From an uncultured Candidatus Rokubacteria bacterium (GTDB lineage Bacteria > Methylomirabilota > Methylomirabilia > Rokubacteriales > CSP1-6), in contig CAWKCA010000046.1 in assembly GCA_963848005.1 (NCBI GenBank), positions 27,481 to 91,480 of the forward strand: a stretch of 64,000 nucleotides of DNA. Reading direction: 5' to 3'. The position numbers and the translations under genes were made by a program. This document shows positions 27,777 to 39,380 of the stretch, one piece after another (positions within the stretch are counted from its first letter, which is position 1; each line of letters opens with the position of its first letter). The notes beneath the pieces are model-generated. The model was given only the letters and a program-made list of their open reading frames with translations. It was not told the DNA's origin and did no database searches.

Positions 27777-29099
27777 CTACGTCCCGTCGAACACGCGCTC
27801 CGCCGCCATGGCGCGGAATGCCCGCTCGTAGCTGCCGATCGTTCGCTCGATGTCCTCGTCGGTGTGGACGGCGGAGATCCAGCCGTGGTTGGGCGAGCAA
27901 TCCACGCCGTTGTTGAGCAACGCGCAGCGCAGCAGGTGATACAGCGCGCCTTTCTTCGGCCGATCCGGTCCGGCGAGCCCAGGGCGGCCGTCGAACGACA
28001 CGTGGTAGATCGACGCCTCGCCGTATATCTCGCCGGGCGCGCTCGCCCGTCGCCGCGCGTCGTTCAGCCCCTGGCGGAGCGCATCACCCAGCTTGCCCGC
28101 GTGCGCTTGCAGCGACGGATCCGACACCAGCTCGAGCGTGGCGATCCCGGCCGCCGCCGACATCGGGTTGGCGTTGAACGTCCCGGCGTGAGCCACGCGC
28201 CGCGTGCGATCCCACTCGGCGTCGCCACGATGGGCGAGCATCGACATGATCGCTGCCTGGCCGGTCAACGCGCCGCCGGGCAGGCCGCCTGCCACGATCT
28301 TGGCGAGGGTGGTGAGGTCCGGGGTGACGTCGAAGTATTGCTGCGCGCCACCGGGCGCGTAGCGGAAGCCGGTGATGACCTCGTCGAAGATCAGCACGAC
28401 ACCATGCTTGCGGGTGAGCGCGCGCAATTCATGCAGATATCCGGGAATCGTCGGGGTGGTGCCGGACTGACCGCCGGCCGGCTCGAGGATGATGGCGGCC
28501 ACGTCGCCCGCGTCGAAGGCCAGCTCGACGGCCTTGATGTCGTTGGCTGGGCACACCACCACGTGATCGAGGGTTCCCGCCGGCACTCCAGCCGAGATCG
28601 GCATCTCGTACGGCGGGTTGACGCCCACGGTGACGGCATCGTGCCAGCCGTGGAAGTGACCCGAGAGCTTCACCACCTTCGAGCGTCCGGTGTACGCGCG
28701 GGCCACGCGCATGGCGAGGTGCGTGGCCTCCGTGCCCGACATGGTGAAGCGCGTCAGCTCCGCGCTGGGGACGAGGCCGTTGACCAGCTCCGCCCAGCGG
28801 ATCTCCAGCTCGTGGCTGCCCCCCACGTGGGTGACGCGCGCCACCTGCTCCTGGACCGCCTTCACGACGGCCGGGTGGCAGTGACCGACGAAGAGGGCGC
28901 CGTGGCCCATCCAGTAGTCGACGTACTCGTGGCCGTCCACGTCCCACTTGCGGCTGCCCAGCGACCGCGCCACGTAGGTCCCGAACGGCAGCAGGTAGCG
29001 GATGTCGTGGGTGATGCCGCCCGGAATGGCCTGGCGGGCGCGCTCGGCCAGGGCGGCCGACGTCGGATGTTTAGCCCGGTAGTCCTCGAGGATAGTCAT
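27777..29099 (-). CDS. Class III pyridoxal-phosphate aminotransferase (glutamate-1-semialdehyde 2,1-aminomutase-like).
   Basis: The protein MTILEDYRAKHPTSAALAERARQAIPGGITHD...FDEVITGFR...PDLTTLAKIVAGGLPGGAL...GTFNANP has the class III AT motifs with the PLP Lys in TLAK. The ATG at 29099 has a GAAGGAAGG RBS. The long upstream extension of ORF 27777..30029 belongs to a different gene. Confidence 0.85.
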   Translation of the reverse strand: MTILEDYRAKHPTSAALAERARQAIPGGITHDIRYLLPFGTYVARSLGSRKWDVDGHEYVDYWMGHGALFVGHCHPAVVKAVQEQVARVTHVGGSHELEIRWAELVNGLVPSAELTRFTMSGTEATHLAMRVARAYTGRSKVVKLSGHFHGWHDAVTVGVNPPYEMPISAGVPAGTLDHVVVCPANDIKAVELAFDAGDVAAIILEPAGGQSGTTPTIPGYLHELRALTRKHGVVLIFDEVITGFRYAPGGAQQYFDVTPDLTTLAKIVAGGLPGGALTGQAAIMSMLAHRGDAEWDRTRRVAHAGTFNANPMSAAAGIATLELVSDPSLQAHAGKLGDALRQGLNDARRRASAPGEIYGEASIYHVSFDGRPGLAGPDRPKKGALYHLLRCALLNNGVDCSPNHGWISAVHTDEDIERTIGSYERAFRAMAAERVFDGT

Positions 29100-29102
29100 G
29101 GT

Positions 29103-30130
29103 CGCGTCGCCTTCCTTCGTGAGAGTGACCGTGGGCTCGACCGCGGTGAGGTCGACGGTGACGCCGACCGCGATGCGGCGTCCATGATACCGGAACCGGT
29201 GGCGATCCCGGAGTCCGCGGCAACCTGAAGGAGGCGCACGAACGCCGCGTGGACGTCGAGGCCCAGCCCGTCCACGGTGGCTTCGCGGCGGCGCGAAAGG
29301 CCGTCGATGGCCCCGGCCGTCCACACACGCCTCGATCACGCGTCGCTCGACCTCCGGCGTGTGAAGCAGCGCTTGCCCGGCGAGTCGGCCCAGCGCCGCC
29401 ACGATGCCGTACGCGCCCCAGTTCGACACGCCGGCCACCACGAGGTGATCGGTCTCGACCACGGTGGCGATACGAGTCATGAGCGGTCCGAGTCGCCGGA
29501 GTCGCACCCGCACCTTGCCCATGCCGATCTCGTTGCCACCGTCCCCCACCCCGATGGTCACCACGTGCGAGAGCGGGCGATCGGAGCCACGCGCACTTCG
29601 AACAGGCCGCCCGCGTACTGATCCGGGCTGGCGGACCCCGCTGCAAACAAACAGCTCGTCGATGGGGCGGTTCCACGCCGCCACGGAGGCACCGCGCGCA
29701 TTGAGGTAGTCGCCCTCGCGGCTGCGCCCTGGGCGCTCGATGGCGATCATGTGAGTCGGGCGCTCGCGGCGCAGCAGGGCGGGCGCCACACCGTCACCCT
29801 CCGGATACACCATGATGTCGGCCCGCTGGCCCAGCGCCGTCAGGGCTGACGTCAGAATCGGCACGTTCACCGGATCGGTGACGTAGCGCACCCGCGCGCC
29901 GAGCACGCTCAGGCGCGTGTCCGAGCACGGCGGCCCCGGGGGGCCCGTCGGTCTCGGGCGCGTCGGCGGCCACGGCGAAGCCTGTGGTGATGAGCACGCG
30001 CCGCGCGCCGAGCAGCGCGCGCGCGGCATCCTGCGCCGCGCCGGGGGTGAAGAAGGCGGCGATGCCGCGCCCTCCGGGATCGAGGGCGAGCAGATGATCG
30101 ATGGGGTCCCAGGGACGCGACACGCCCGAG
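29103..30130 (-). pseudogene. DUF4392/D-glutamate-cyclase-like protein, fragmented over at least two frames.
   Basis: Frame A (ORF 29794..30306) gives ...DPGGRGIAAFF...VLITTGFAVAADAPETDGPPGAAVLG. Frame B (the upstream part of ORF 27777..30029) gives ...YLNARGASVAAWN...IGVGDGGNEIGMGKV...LVVAGVSNWGAYGIVAALG. Together these are the family motifs in the correct order but in different frames. A CCCCGGGGGGCCC homopolymer lies at about 29933. Confidence 0.5.
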
Positions 30131-30133
30131 AGT

Positions 30134-31913
30134 TTACTGTGACGAGCCGACCTCGAACAGGAGCGCCTGGTAGGGCCGCAACGGGGCACCGCCCGCGCCA
30201 CCGAAGCGCGAGTCGGCGCTGTCGAGCAACACGCGCGCACCCGGAGCCAGCGGCGGCAGCGGCTGCGCCGTGGCGCCCAGGTTGGCCACCAAGACCACGC
30301 GCTCACCCGTCGCTGCCTCGCGCGCCAGCATGAGCACGCCGAGGGTCGTCTCCACTCGCGTGCTCCGCTTGCCGCGCGCGCCCAGTGCGGGGTGAGATCG
30401 ACGCAACGCGAGCCAGGCGCGATAGTACGCGCGCAGGTCGCGGTGCCCGGACGCGTCCGCCAGCACGTGCTCCAGCCGTGCGCGCGAGAAGGTGGTCGGA
30501 TCGCCGGGATCGTCGATCAGCGTTCTCCAGCCGAAGCGCTCGACCTCACGCTGGCGTCCCCGCCGCACGGCCTCGTTCAGGCCCGGCTCCAGGAATGACG
30601 TGAAGAAGGGAAACGGCGCCACCTCTCCGTATTCCTCGCCCATGAAGAGCAGCGGGATGGCCGGGGTCACAAACAGGAGCGCGGCCGCCACCTTGACGGC
30701 GTCGGCACCCAGCAAGGCACCCAGGCGATGGCTGCCCGGGCGGTTGCCGACCTGGTCGTGGTTCTGCATTGAGATCACGAAGCGGTCGCCCTCGAGATCT
30801 GCGCTGGGCGTGCCGCGCGGCCGGCCCCAGTAGGCCGAGGGCTCGCCTTGGAAGGCGAACCCATCGGCAATCGCGCGCTCGAGCCCGCGCCCCCCGGGGA
30901 AGTCCGCGTAGTAGCCCACCGGCTCGCCCGTCAGTCGCGCATGGAGGGCGTGGTGGAAGTCGTCCGACCACACGGCATCGAGCGCGAGCCCGTTCGGCGG
31001 CGAGAGCACCAGGCGCCGATCGTTGTCATGCGACTCGGCGACGAGGTGCGCGGGCCGGCCGAGCGTCATCGCTTCTTCACGCGCGGCCGCCGCCACGCTC
31101 GGTGAGAATGTGGACGGCACTCGCATCGACGATGGCATGGACGGCATCGAGGCGCAGCCCATCGAGGTGGAACTCTCGCACCCAGTACCGGGCGTTCTCG
31201 GCGAAGTGCCGGCGCACACCCGCGGCCTCGGGGCCATCGAAGTCGAGCCCCGGGCCCCAGGGCGTCCGGTGGCGCGTGGTGAAGTAGGGGCCGAACTCCG
31301 CGAGATAGTTTCCCTCGGGTCCCAGGTGGTTGTAGACCACGTCCAGGATCACCGACAGGCCGGCCGCATGACAGGCATCGACGAGGCGCCGGAGGCCATG
31401 GGGCCCTCCGTAGGTGGACTGGGGCGCGTAGAGGTGCACGCCGTCGTAGCCCCAGCCGCGCGCGCCGGGGAACTCCGCCACCGGCATCAGCTCCACGGCT
31501 GTCACGCCGAGGTCAACCAGGACCGGGAGGTGTGGAATCACCGCCTCGAAAGTCCCCGCCCGCGTGAAGGTCCCGACGTGAAGCTCGTAGATGACCAGGT
31601 CGCGCCGCGCGTGGCCGCGAAACCTCTGGTCGGTCCACGGAAAGGCCACGCCGTCGACCACCGCGGACGGGCCGTGCACTCCCTCGGGCTGGGAGCGCGA
31701 CACCGGGTCGGGCCGGGCGCGGTCCCCGTCAAGGCGGTAGAGGTAGCGCGTCCCGGCCGGCGCGCCGTCAACCTGCCCTTCAAACAGGCAGCCGGGGCAC
31801 GCTCGGAGAGGCACGGCACGACCGTTCACGAGGACGTCCACTGACCGGCAGTAGGGCGCCCACACCCGAAATTCGGTTCCGCCTGTCATAGCACTTGCAC
31901 CTAGCGCGGTCAT
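30134..31913 (-). CDS. treZ: Malto-oligosyltrehalose trehalohydrolase TreZ (GH13 with N-terminal CBM48-like domain), with a single frameshift near 31120.
   Basis: The N-part (ORF 31077..32060, start MTALGASAMTGGTEFRVWAP at 31913) reads through GWGYDGV...LDVVYNHLGPEGNYL...LDGLRLDAVHAIVDASAVHILTE. The C-part, in a frame shifted by one base, gives AAAAREEAMTLGRPAHLVAESHDNDRRLV...WSDDFHHALH...QNHDQVGNR. The conserved order is preserved. Deleting one base between them restores HILTE-VAAAAREE. Confidence 0.75.
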
Positions 31914-32031
31914 ACGGTCCAATTGTGAAGGTTGATCGCTGCGGCTCCGTGGCGAGCCACGCAGGCTCGGCCCAACCGGACGAGGCAGGCGCCGCGCCGC
32001 GCCCTGGTTCGCGGAAAAGGTGCACACACGA

Positions 32032-33738
32032 ATGAATCCGTTCACCCTGGTGCTCCACAACCACCTGCCAATGGTGGTCCACCATGGGCGCTGGCCCCAC
32101 GGGAGCGACTGGCTTACCGAGGCGGCCTTCGAGTGCTATCTGCCTCTGCTCGACACCGCGCACCGGCTCATCGCCGACGGCATCTCGCCGAAGTGGACCG
32201 TCAACCTCTCCCCCGTGCTCGTCGAGCAACTCGCCTCCCCTGATTTCCAGAAGGAGCTGGCGTTCTACTACGAGACCTTCCGCCGCAACTGCGTCGAGAC
32301 GCGCCAGTACTTCGCGCAGCACGACGTCAAGGAGGGTGTCCAGCTCACCGACTTCTGGGAGGGGGTGTACGAGCGCATGTGGGAGCTGCACCGGCGCATC
32401 GGCGGCGACATCCCGGGCACGTTCGCCGAGCTGGAGCGCGACCGGCACATCGAGATCATCACCTGCGCGGCCACCCATGGCTACCTGCCGCTCCTCTCGC
32501 GCGACGAGTCCATTCACCTCCAGCTTCGCACCGCGGTGGAGACGCACCGGCGGCATTTCGGCCGAGCCCCGCGCGGTATCTGGCTCCCCGAGTGCGCGTA
32601 TCGGCCGCGCTACGAGTGGACGCCCCCCACCGGGCCCGATCGGGGCCGCGTCCGGCAGCTGCGCCCGGGCATCGAGGAGATGCTGGCTCAGCACGGGATC
32701 GAGTACTTCGTGGTCGACGCGCATCTGGTGGCGGCCGGCGCGCCGGTGTTCCCCTACCGCGACTACTTCGCGCTGCCCGGCAGCCTGGAGCAGCGCACGC
32801 CGACGGTCCAAGGAGCACACCGGTCTCCGTACCACACTTACCGTGTGGCCTCCCGGGGCGGGACCGGCTCCGCCGTCGCCTTCTTCCGCGATCCCCGGAC
32901 CACGCTTCAGGTGTGGAGCCGCGATCATGGCTACCCGGGCGACTTCGCGTATCTGGAGTTCCACAAGAAGCACTGGCCGGGCGGGCTCAAGCTGTGGCGC
33001 ATCACCGACGCCAAGCGCGATCTGGCCACCAAGATCTTCTACGATCCCGCCTACGCTTGGCAGAAAGTACGGCTCCACGCTCGGCACTTCGCGGAGCTGG
33101 TGCAGGACACGCTCGCGAAGGCGAGCAGTGACGGGCCGGCCGCGGTGTGCTCACCCTACGACGGCGAGCTGTTCGGTCACTGGTGGTTCGAAGGCCCCAC
33201 CTGGCTCGAGCAGATGGCCCGTGAGATGCACCGGGTTGGCGTGGCGTGCATGACGATGGGGGAGACGCTCGAAGCCGTGCCGCCCGCGGCCACCCTGTCC
33301 CTTCCCGAAGGCTCGTGGGGGGAGGGCGGGGATCACCGCGTGTGGCTCAATCGCGACACCGAGTGGGCGTGGGACCGCGTGTACAGCGCGGAAGCCGAGT
33401 GGGTGCGGCTCCTCGCGCGCCTGCCCGACGCCGGGCCCGACGCGCGCCGTGTGCTCGCGCAGGTCTCGCGCGAGTTGCTCGTGCTCGAATCCTCCGACTG
33501 GCAGTTCCTCATCACGACCGGGGCCGCTCGAGACTACGCCGAGCGGCGCGTGGCCGAGCACTACGTGGAGTTCAAGCGCCTGTCCGAGCTGGCCGACATG
33601 CTGCTGCGCGGCGAGGCCATGTCGCCGGAGGCAAACGCCCTCGTACAGCGGCTCGAACGCGAGGACTTCTGCTTCCCCGACCTGGACGCCTCCTGGGGCC
33701 AGGCCCCTCCGCCGCGCGGGAGCCGCGCGAGCGCCTGA
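32032..33738 (+). CDS. GH57-family 1,4-alpha-glucan branching enzyme.
   Basis: The protein MNPFTLVLHNHLPMVVHHGRWPHGSDWLTEAAFECYLPLL... has the GH57 N-terminal HxHxP catalytic-region signature, and the 569-aa length is typical. The ORF is intact. It is divergent from treZ. Confidence 0.75.
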   Translation: MNPFTLVLHNHLPMVVHHGRWPHGSDWLTEAAFECYLPLLDTAHRLIADGISPKWTVNLSPVLVEQLASPDFQKELAFYYETFRRNCVETRQYFAQHDVKEGVQLTDFWEGVYERMWELHRRIGGDIPGTFAELERDRHIEIITCAATHGYLPLLSRDESIHLQLRTAVETHRRHFGRAPRGIWLPECAYRPRYEWTPPTGPDRGRVRQLRPGIEEMLAQHGIEYFVVDAHLVAAGAPVFPYRDYFALPGSLEQRTPTVQGAHRSPYHTYRVASRGGTGSAVAFFRDPRTTLQVWSRDHGYPGDFAYLEFHKKHWPGGLKLWRITDAKRDLATKIFYDPAYAWQKVRLHARHFAELVQDTLAKASSDGPAAVCSPYDGELFGHWWFEGPTWLEQMAREMHRVGVACMTMGETLEAVPPAATLSLPEGSWGEGGDHRVWLNRDTEWAWDRVYSAEAEWVRLLARLPDAGPDARRVLAQVSRELLVLESSDWQFLITTGAARDYAERRVAEHYVEFKRLSELADMLLRGEAMSPEANALVQRLEREDFCFPDLDASWGQAPPPRGSRASA

Positions 33739-33742
33739 ACCG

Positions 33743-34984
33743 ATGCCGCGCGCGCCGCGCGTCCTGACGATGATCATGGCGGGAGGCAAGGGGGAGCGCC
33801 TCTTTCCGCTCACGCGCGATCGCTCGAAGCCATCCGTACCGTTCGGCGGGCGCTACCGCATCATCGACTTCGTCATCTCCAACCTCGTCAACTCCGGCTT
33901 CTTCTCCATGTACGTGCTCGTGCAGTACCGGTCGCAGAGCCTCATCGAGCATCTGCGGATGGCCTGGCGCACGACGGGCATTCTCAGCGACGCCTTCATC
34001 GCAGTGGTGCCGCCCCAGCAGCGCGCGGGCGAGGCCTGGTACCGGGGGACGGCGGACGCCGTGCTGCAGAACCTGCACCTGGTCGACGACTTCGCCCCCG
34101 ACGTCGTGGCCGTCTTCGGCGCCGACCACATCTACCGGATGGATATCAGCCAGATGCTGGCCTTCCACCTGGAGTCGGGGGCCGACGCCACGGTGGCCGC
34201 GCGTCCCGTGCGCCTGGAGCAGGGGTCCGCCTTCGGGGTGCTGGGCGTGGACCGGCAGCATCGCGTGGTGGCGTGGGACGAGAAGCCCACGGCGCCCACC
34301 GCCATGCCCGACGATCCCGCGCGCGCCCTCGTCTCCATGGGCAACTACGTCTTCCGGCGCGGCGCCCTGGTCGATGCGCTGCTCGACGACGCGCGGCGCA
34401 GTACGGACCACGACTTCGGGCGCTCCATCATCCCGGAGATGGTGCCGGGCGGCCGGGTGTTCGCCTACGACTTCCAGCAGAACGAGGTGCCGGGGGTGAA
34501 GCCCTACGAGGAGCCCGCCTACTGGCGCGACGTGGGCACCATCGAGAGCTACTGGGACGCGCACATGGACATCCTCGGCGAGTCCCCGCGCTTCGACCTC
34601 GACAACCGCACGTGGCCGATCCAGGCCGGCGCGCATCCCGGCCCCCCGGCCCGCTTCATCGGGGGCGACGTGGAGAACTCGATGATCGCCGAGGGATGTC
34701 TCATCAAGCGCGCCACCATTCGCAACTCGATCCTCGGCCGCAACGTGTGGGTGAACGAGGGGGCGCGCATCGAGGATTCGATCGTCATGGACTACACCTC
34801 GGTGGGCAAGGGCGCCCACATCCGCCGCGCCATCATCGACCGCTACAACATCATCCCGGCCGACCACGAGGTCGGCCTCGATGCCGGGCGGGACCGCGTG
34901 CGCTTCCACCTTGACCCATCGGGGCTCGTCGTGGTGCCGCGGGGAGGGCGGCGCGAATATCTCCTCCGTCTCGAGGAGCTCTAG
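33743..34984 (+). CDS. glgC: Glucose-1-phosphate adenylyltransferase.
   Basis: The protein MPRAPRVLTMIMAGGKGERLFPLTRDRSKPSVPFGGRYRIIDFVISNLVNSG... has the GlgC signatures, including the C-terminal left-handed beta-helix region. The ORF is intact. Confidence 0.9.
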   Translation: MPRAPRVLTMIMAGGKGERLFPLTRDRSKPSVPFGGRYRIIDFVISNLVNSGFFSMYVLVQYRSQSLIEHLRMAWRTTGILSDAFIAVVPPQQRAGEAWYRGTADAVLQNLHLVDDFAPDVVAVFGADHIYRMDISQMLAFHLESGADATVAARPVRLEQGSAFGVLGVDRQHRVVAWDEKPTAPTAMPDDPARALVSMGNYVFRRGALVDALLDDARRSTDHDFGRSIIPEMVPGGRVFAYDFQQNEVPGVKPYEEPAYWRDVGTIESYWDAHMDILGESPRFDLDNRTWPIQAGAHPGPPARFIGGDVENSMIAEGCLIKRATIRNSILGRNVWVNEGARIEDSIVMDYTSVGKGAHIRRAIIDRYNIIPADHEVGLDAGRDRVRFHLDPSGLVVVPRGGRREYLLRLEEL

Positions 34985-37366
34985 TGGCCGCCGACCCCGC
35001 TTCGTCGCCGTCCACGGGCACTTCTACCAGCCGCCCCGCGAGAACCCCTGGCTCGAAACCGTGGAGGTGCAGGACTCCGCGGCCCCCGCCCACGACTGGA
35101 ACGCGCGGGTCACCGAGGAGTGCTACGCGCCCAACACCGCGGCCCGGCGACTGTCCGCGGATAACCGCGTCATCGGCATCGTCAACAACTTCGAGAAGAT
35201 TTCCTTCAACGTGGGGCCGACGCTCATGGCGTGGCTGGCCCGGCACCGCCCCGATGTCCACCGGAGCATCGTCGAGGCGGACCGGGCCAGCCGGGAGGCC
35301 CGGGGGCACGGCAACGCCATCGCACAGGTCTACAACCACATGATCATGCCGCTGGCCCCGCGGCGCGACCGGATCACCCAGGTGCGCTGGGGCATGGCGG
35401 ACTTCCGCGCCCGATTCGGGCGGGATCCCGAAGGGATGTGGCTGCCCGAGACGGCCGTCGACAGCGAGACGCTGGAGATACTGGCCCAGGCAGGTCTTCA
35501 GTTCACCATCCTGGCCCCGCACCAGGCCTCGCGCATACGGCCGGTCGCCGGCGGAGACTGGCAGGAGGTCGGCGAGACCATCGACCCCAGCCGCGCCCTA
35601 TCGCTGGACGGGTCCCTCCGGCCACACCTTGGCGCTGTTCTTCTACGATGCGCCCATCTCCCGGGCCATCGCCTTCGAGAACGTCCTCCAGTCCGGGGAG
35701 GCCTTCGCCACTCGACTGCGCGGCGCCTTCCACGACGAGCGCCCGAGGCCACAGCTCGTCCACTGCGCCACGGACGGCGAGTCCTACGGCCACCACAGTC
35801 GCTTCGGCGAGATGGCGCTGGCCGACGCCCTCGAGCGGATCGAGACGACGGGGGCCGCCATCCTGACCAACTACGCGACGTTTCTCGCCCTGAACCCGCC
35901 CGACCACGAGGTGGAGATCCGCGAGAACACGTCGTGGAGCTGCGCCCACGGGGCGGAGCGCTGGCGCCGCGACTGCGGCTGCCGCATGGCCCCGGACACG
36001 CGGCAGGACTGGCGCGCGCCCTGCGCGGGTCCCTCGACTGGCTGGGGGCCGAGATCGACGCCTTCTACGAGGCGCGTGTCTCGGGACTTCTCAAGGATCC
36101 GTGGGAGGCGCGCGATGCTTACATCGAGGTGATCGTGGCGCGCGAGCCCGCCGTCCTCGACCGCTTCTTCGCCGCCCAGGCCTCGGCCCCGCTCGAGGCG
36201 GCGGCCCGAGTCGAGGCGCGGCGACTGCTGGAGATGCAGCGCCAGCGACTCTTGATGTTCACCTCCTGCGGCTGGTTCTTCGACGACCTCGCCGGGCTGG
36301 AGCCCGTGCAAGACCTCCGCTACGCGGCCATGGCCCTGCAGTATCTGCGGGAGCTGGGTGGCGCCGACCTCGAGCCTGCGTTCCTGGATCGCCTGCGCGC
36401 GGCAGTCAGCAACGATCCGGAAGAGGGCACGGGGGCCGACGTGTACCGCCGGCGCGTGCGGCCAGCGGCGGCGGACGTGCGCCGCCTCACCGCGCACTAC
36501 GCCATCAACGGCCTCTTCGAGACACCGCCCCGCGAGGCCCGCGTCTACGCCTACCAGGTCACACGCCTCGACGAGACCAGCGCGGAGTACAGGGACACGG
36601 CGCTGCGCGTGGGCCGGGTGCGCGTCAGCTCGGAGCTGACCGGGCAGGTCCGCGACGCCCTCTACGCCGTGGCCCATTTCGGCGGACACGACATCACGTG
36701 CGGCGTACGCCTCAGCGACGATCCCGCCGCGTACGCGGCCCTCCAGCGAGACCTGCTCGATCGCTACGCCCGCCGCAGCCTCAGCGAGGTGGTGCGCGGC
36801 TTCGACGCCGCCTTCGGCCGCGAGACCTTCTCGGTGACCGATCTCTTCCTCGAAGAGCGCCGGCGCGTCCTCGCCGCCCTCCTCGCCAAGGTGGTGGCCC
36901 TCCATGAGTCCACGGTGCGTCACGTGTGGGACGAGACTCACGCCCTGCTCGACTATCTGCAGGCGGCCGACGTGCCACTCCCGGAGACCCTCGGCGTGGT
37001 CGCCCGGCGCGTCCTGGAGCAGGACGTGCTCTCGGCGCTCGAGGAGGCAGCCCGCCGACTCATCATCCCCGCGCGCGTCTTCGAGCTGCTCGCCCACGCC
37101 CGCAAGCTCCATCTCGACCTGAACCTCGTCGCCGCACGCCCGCTCATCCGCAGCGCGGTGGAGCGCGCCATCGACCGCGTCGCCCAGACGCCGACGGAGG
37201 CTGCCGTGGCCCAGGCCGTGGTGCTGGTGGAGGCTGCTCAACGACTGCGGCAGCGGCTTCGGACACTGGGCCGCGCAGAACCGCTTCTTTCGCGCTCTGG
37301 ACGGAGCGGCCGGAGGCGCGCGACGTGCTGGCTCCGCTCGCTCACGTCCTGGGATTCGCGACATGA
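34984..37366 (+). pseudogene. GH57-family alpha-amylase/4-alpha-glucanotransferase-like protein with C-terminal DUF3536, with at least 3 frameshifts.
   Basis: The GTG at 34984 overlaps the glgC stop and is immediately out of frame. Adding one C to the CCCC run at 34996-34999 gives MAADPRFVAVHGHFYQPPRENPWLE, a canonical GH57 N-terminus. The reading continues in frame A to about 35600. Frame B gives FFYDAPISRAIAFENVLQ...HCATDGESYGHH. Frame A resumes with LDWLGAEIDAFYEAR...CGWFFDDLAGLEP.... A final shift leads to ...WTERPEARDVLAPLAHVLGFAT-TGA at 37366. Confidence 0.65.
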
Positions 37367-37409
37367 CGCACAAGGGCGCCCTCCAGTCCCCACGCCGGAC
37401 CGGCCTGCC

Positions 37410-39380
37410 TTGAAGCAGACGGTGATCATCGAGCACGTTGAGCCCACCGTCGACGGAGGTCGCTATCCGGCCAAGCGCGAGGTCGGCGACCTCCTCGAGG
37501 TGACCGCCGACATCCTTCGCGAGGGGCACGACGTGCTGGTGGCCTTTCTCCACTACCGTGGGCCCGGCGCGACCCGGTGGCAAGAGACGCCGATGCGCCT
37601 CGTGGACAACGACCGCTGGGCCGGCGAGTTCCCGCTGGAAGAGAACGGTCGCTATCGCTTCTTCATCGAGGCCCTGGCCGACCCCTTCCTCTCCTGGCTG
37701 GCCGACCTCGCCAAGCGCACGGAGGCCGGGCAGGACGTGGCCAGCGAGCTCTCCGAAGGCCGCGCCCTCATCGACGCCGCCGCACGTCGCGCCCGCGGCG
37801 TCGATGCCCGCGAACTGCGCGCCATGGGCGAGCGCCTGGCGGCCTCGCCCAGCCAGGCCGACGCTGTCGCCGTGGCCCAGGAAGCGGCGCTGGCCGAGCT
37901 CATGGCCCGTCATCTCGACCGGGGCAGGCCACCCGCACCGAGCGCGACTACGAGATCGTGGTCGACCGCGTGCGCGCGCGCTTTGCCGCCTGGTACGAGA
38001 TGTTCCCGCGCTCGGCGCGCGGCGACGGCCAGCACGCGACCTTCAAGGACGCCGAGCGGGAGCTGGAGCGGATCGCCGCGATGGGGTTCGACGTCGTCTA
38101 CCTGCCACCGATCCACCCCATCGGACGCGCCTTCCGCAAGGGGCGCAACAATGCGCTAACTCCCGCCCCCGGCGATCCCGGCAGCCCCTGGGCCATCGGG
38201 GGCGAAGAGGGCGGCCACACCGCCGTGCACCCCCAGCTCGGCACCCTGGACGACTTCGATCACTTCGTGGAGGCCGCGTCGGGGTTGGGACTCGAGGTGG
38301 CCCTCGACTTCGCCATCCAGTGTTCGCCCGACCACCCCTACGTTCGCGAGCACCCCGAGTGGTTCTTCCACCGGCCCGACGGCACCATCAAGTACGCGGA
38401 GAATCCGCCCAAGAAGTACCAGGACGTCTACCCGCTGAACTTCTACAGTGCCGATCCCGGACCGCTGTGGGAGGAGATGCGCCGCATCGTCGAGTTCTGG
38501 GTGGCCCACGGGGTGCGGACCTTCCGCGTGGACAACCCCCACACCAAGCCGGTGAAGTTCTGGGAATGGCTGATCGAGAGCGTGCAGACCTCGCGGCCGG
38601 ACGTCATCTTCCTCGCCGAGGCCTTCACCCGGCCCAAGGTGATGAAGGTCCTGGCCAAGGCGGGCTTCACCCAGTCCTACACCTACTTCACCTGGCGCAA
38701 CGAGAAGCGGGAGCTGACCGAGTACTTCGAGGAGATCACGGAGCCCCCGGTGGCCGAGTACTTCCGCGGCCACCTGTGGCCGAACACGCCCGACATCCTG
38801 CACGAGACCTTGCAGAAGGGCGGGCGGGCCGCCTTCACGATGCGGCTGGTGCTCGCCGCCACGCTCTCGTCCCTCTACGGGATGTATAGCGGCTACGAGC
38901 TGTGCGAGAACGTGCCCGTCGGCGAGGGCTCGGAGGAGTATCTGAACTCCGAGAAGTACGAGATCAAGGCGCGCGACTGGGATGCGCCCGGCAACCTCGT
39001 CGACTTCGTCACCACCATCAACCGGATCCGCCGCGAGAATCGCGCCCTGCACCTCTACCGGAATCTGGCGTTCTACGGCGCCGATGACCCCAACATCGTC
39101 TGGTACGGCAAGATGACGCCAGACCGCGACAACGTGGTCTTCGTGGCGGTGAATCTCGACCTCGACGGCCCGCACGCCTCGCCGGTGGACATGCCGCTCG
39201 CCGAGCTGGGGCTCGGCCCCGGCGAGCCGTACGTGATGCACGAGCTGCTGAGTGATCGCCGCTACGAGTGGCGCGGGCCCCGCGGCTCCGTGGTGCTCGA
39301 TCCCGCCGTCGACTCCGCCCAGATCTTCGCCTTCCAGCCGCGCGTGATGTCACTGCTCTACCGTCGGCCGCCGCCCTCGC
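37410..39380 (+). CDS. glgE: Alpha-1,4-glucan:maltose-1-phosphate maltosyltransferase GlgE, with one frameshift near 37920.
   Basis: A TTG/GTG start at about 37410-37422 gives (M)KQTVIIEHVEPTVDGGRYPAKREVGDLLEVTADILREGHDVLVAFLHYRG.... After ...ARHLDRGRP the reading shifts to ...RTERDYEIVVDRVRARFAAWYEMFPRS...MGFDVVYLPPIHPIG...FRVDNPHTKP...FTWRNEK. The C-terminal end after ...FAFQPRV is uncertain. Confidence 0.75.

Noticed and set aside
35871-39241. Minus-strand ORFs 35871..37913 (680 aa) and 38156..39241 (361 aa)
   Set aside because: These are antisense to the GH57/DUF3536 and glgE genes and have a low-complexity composition.
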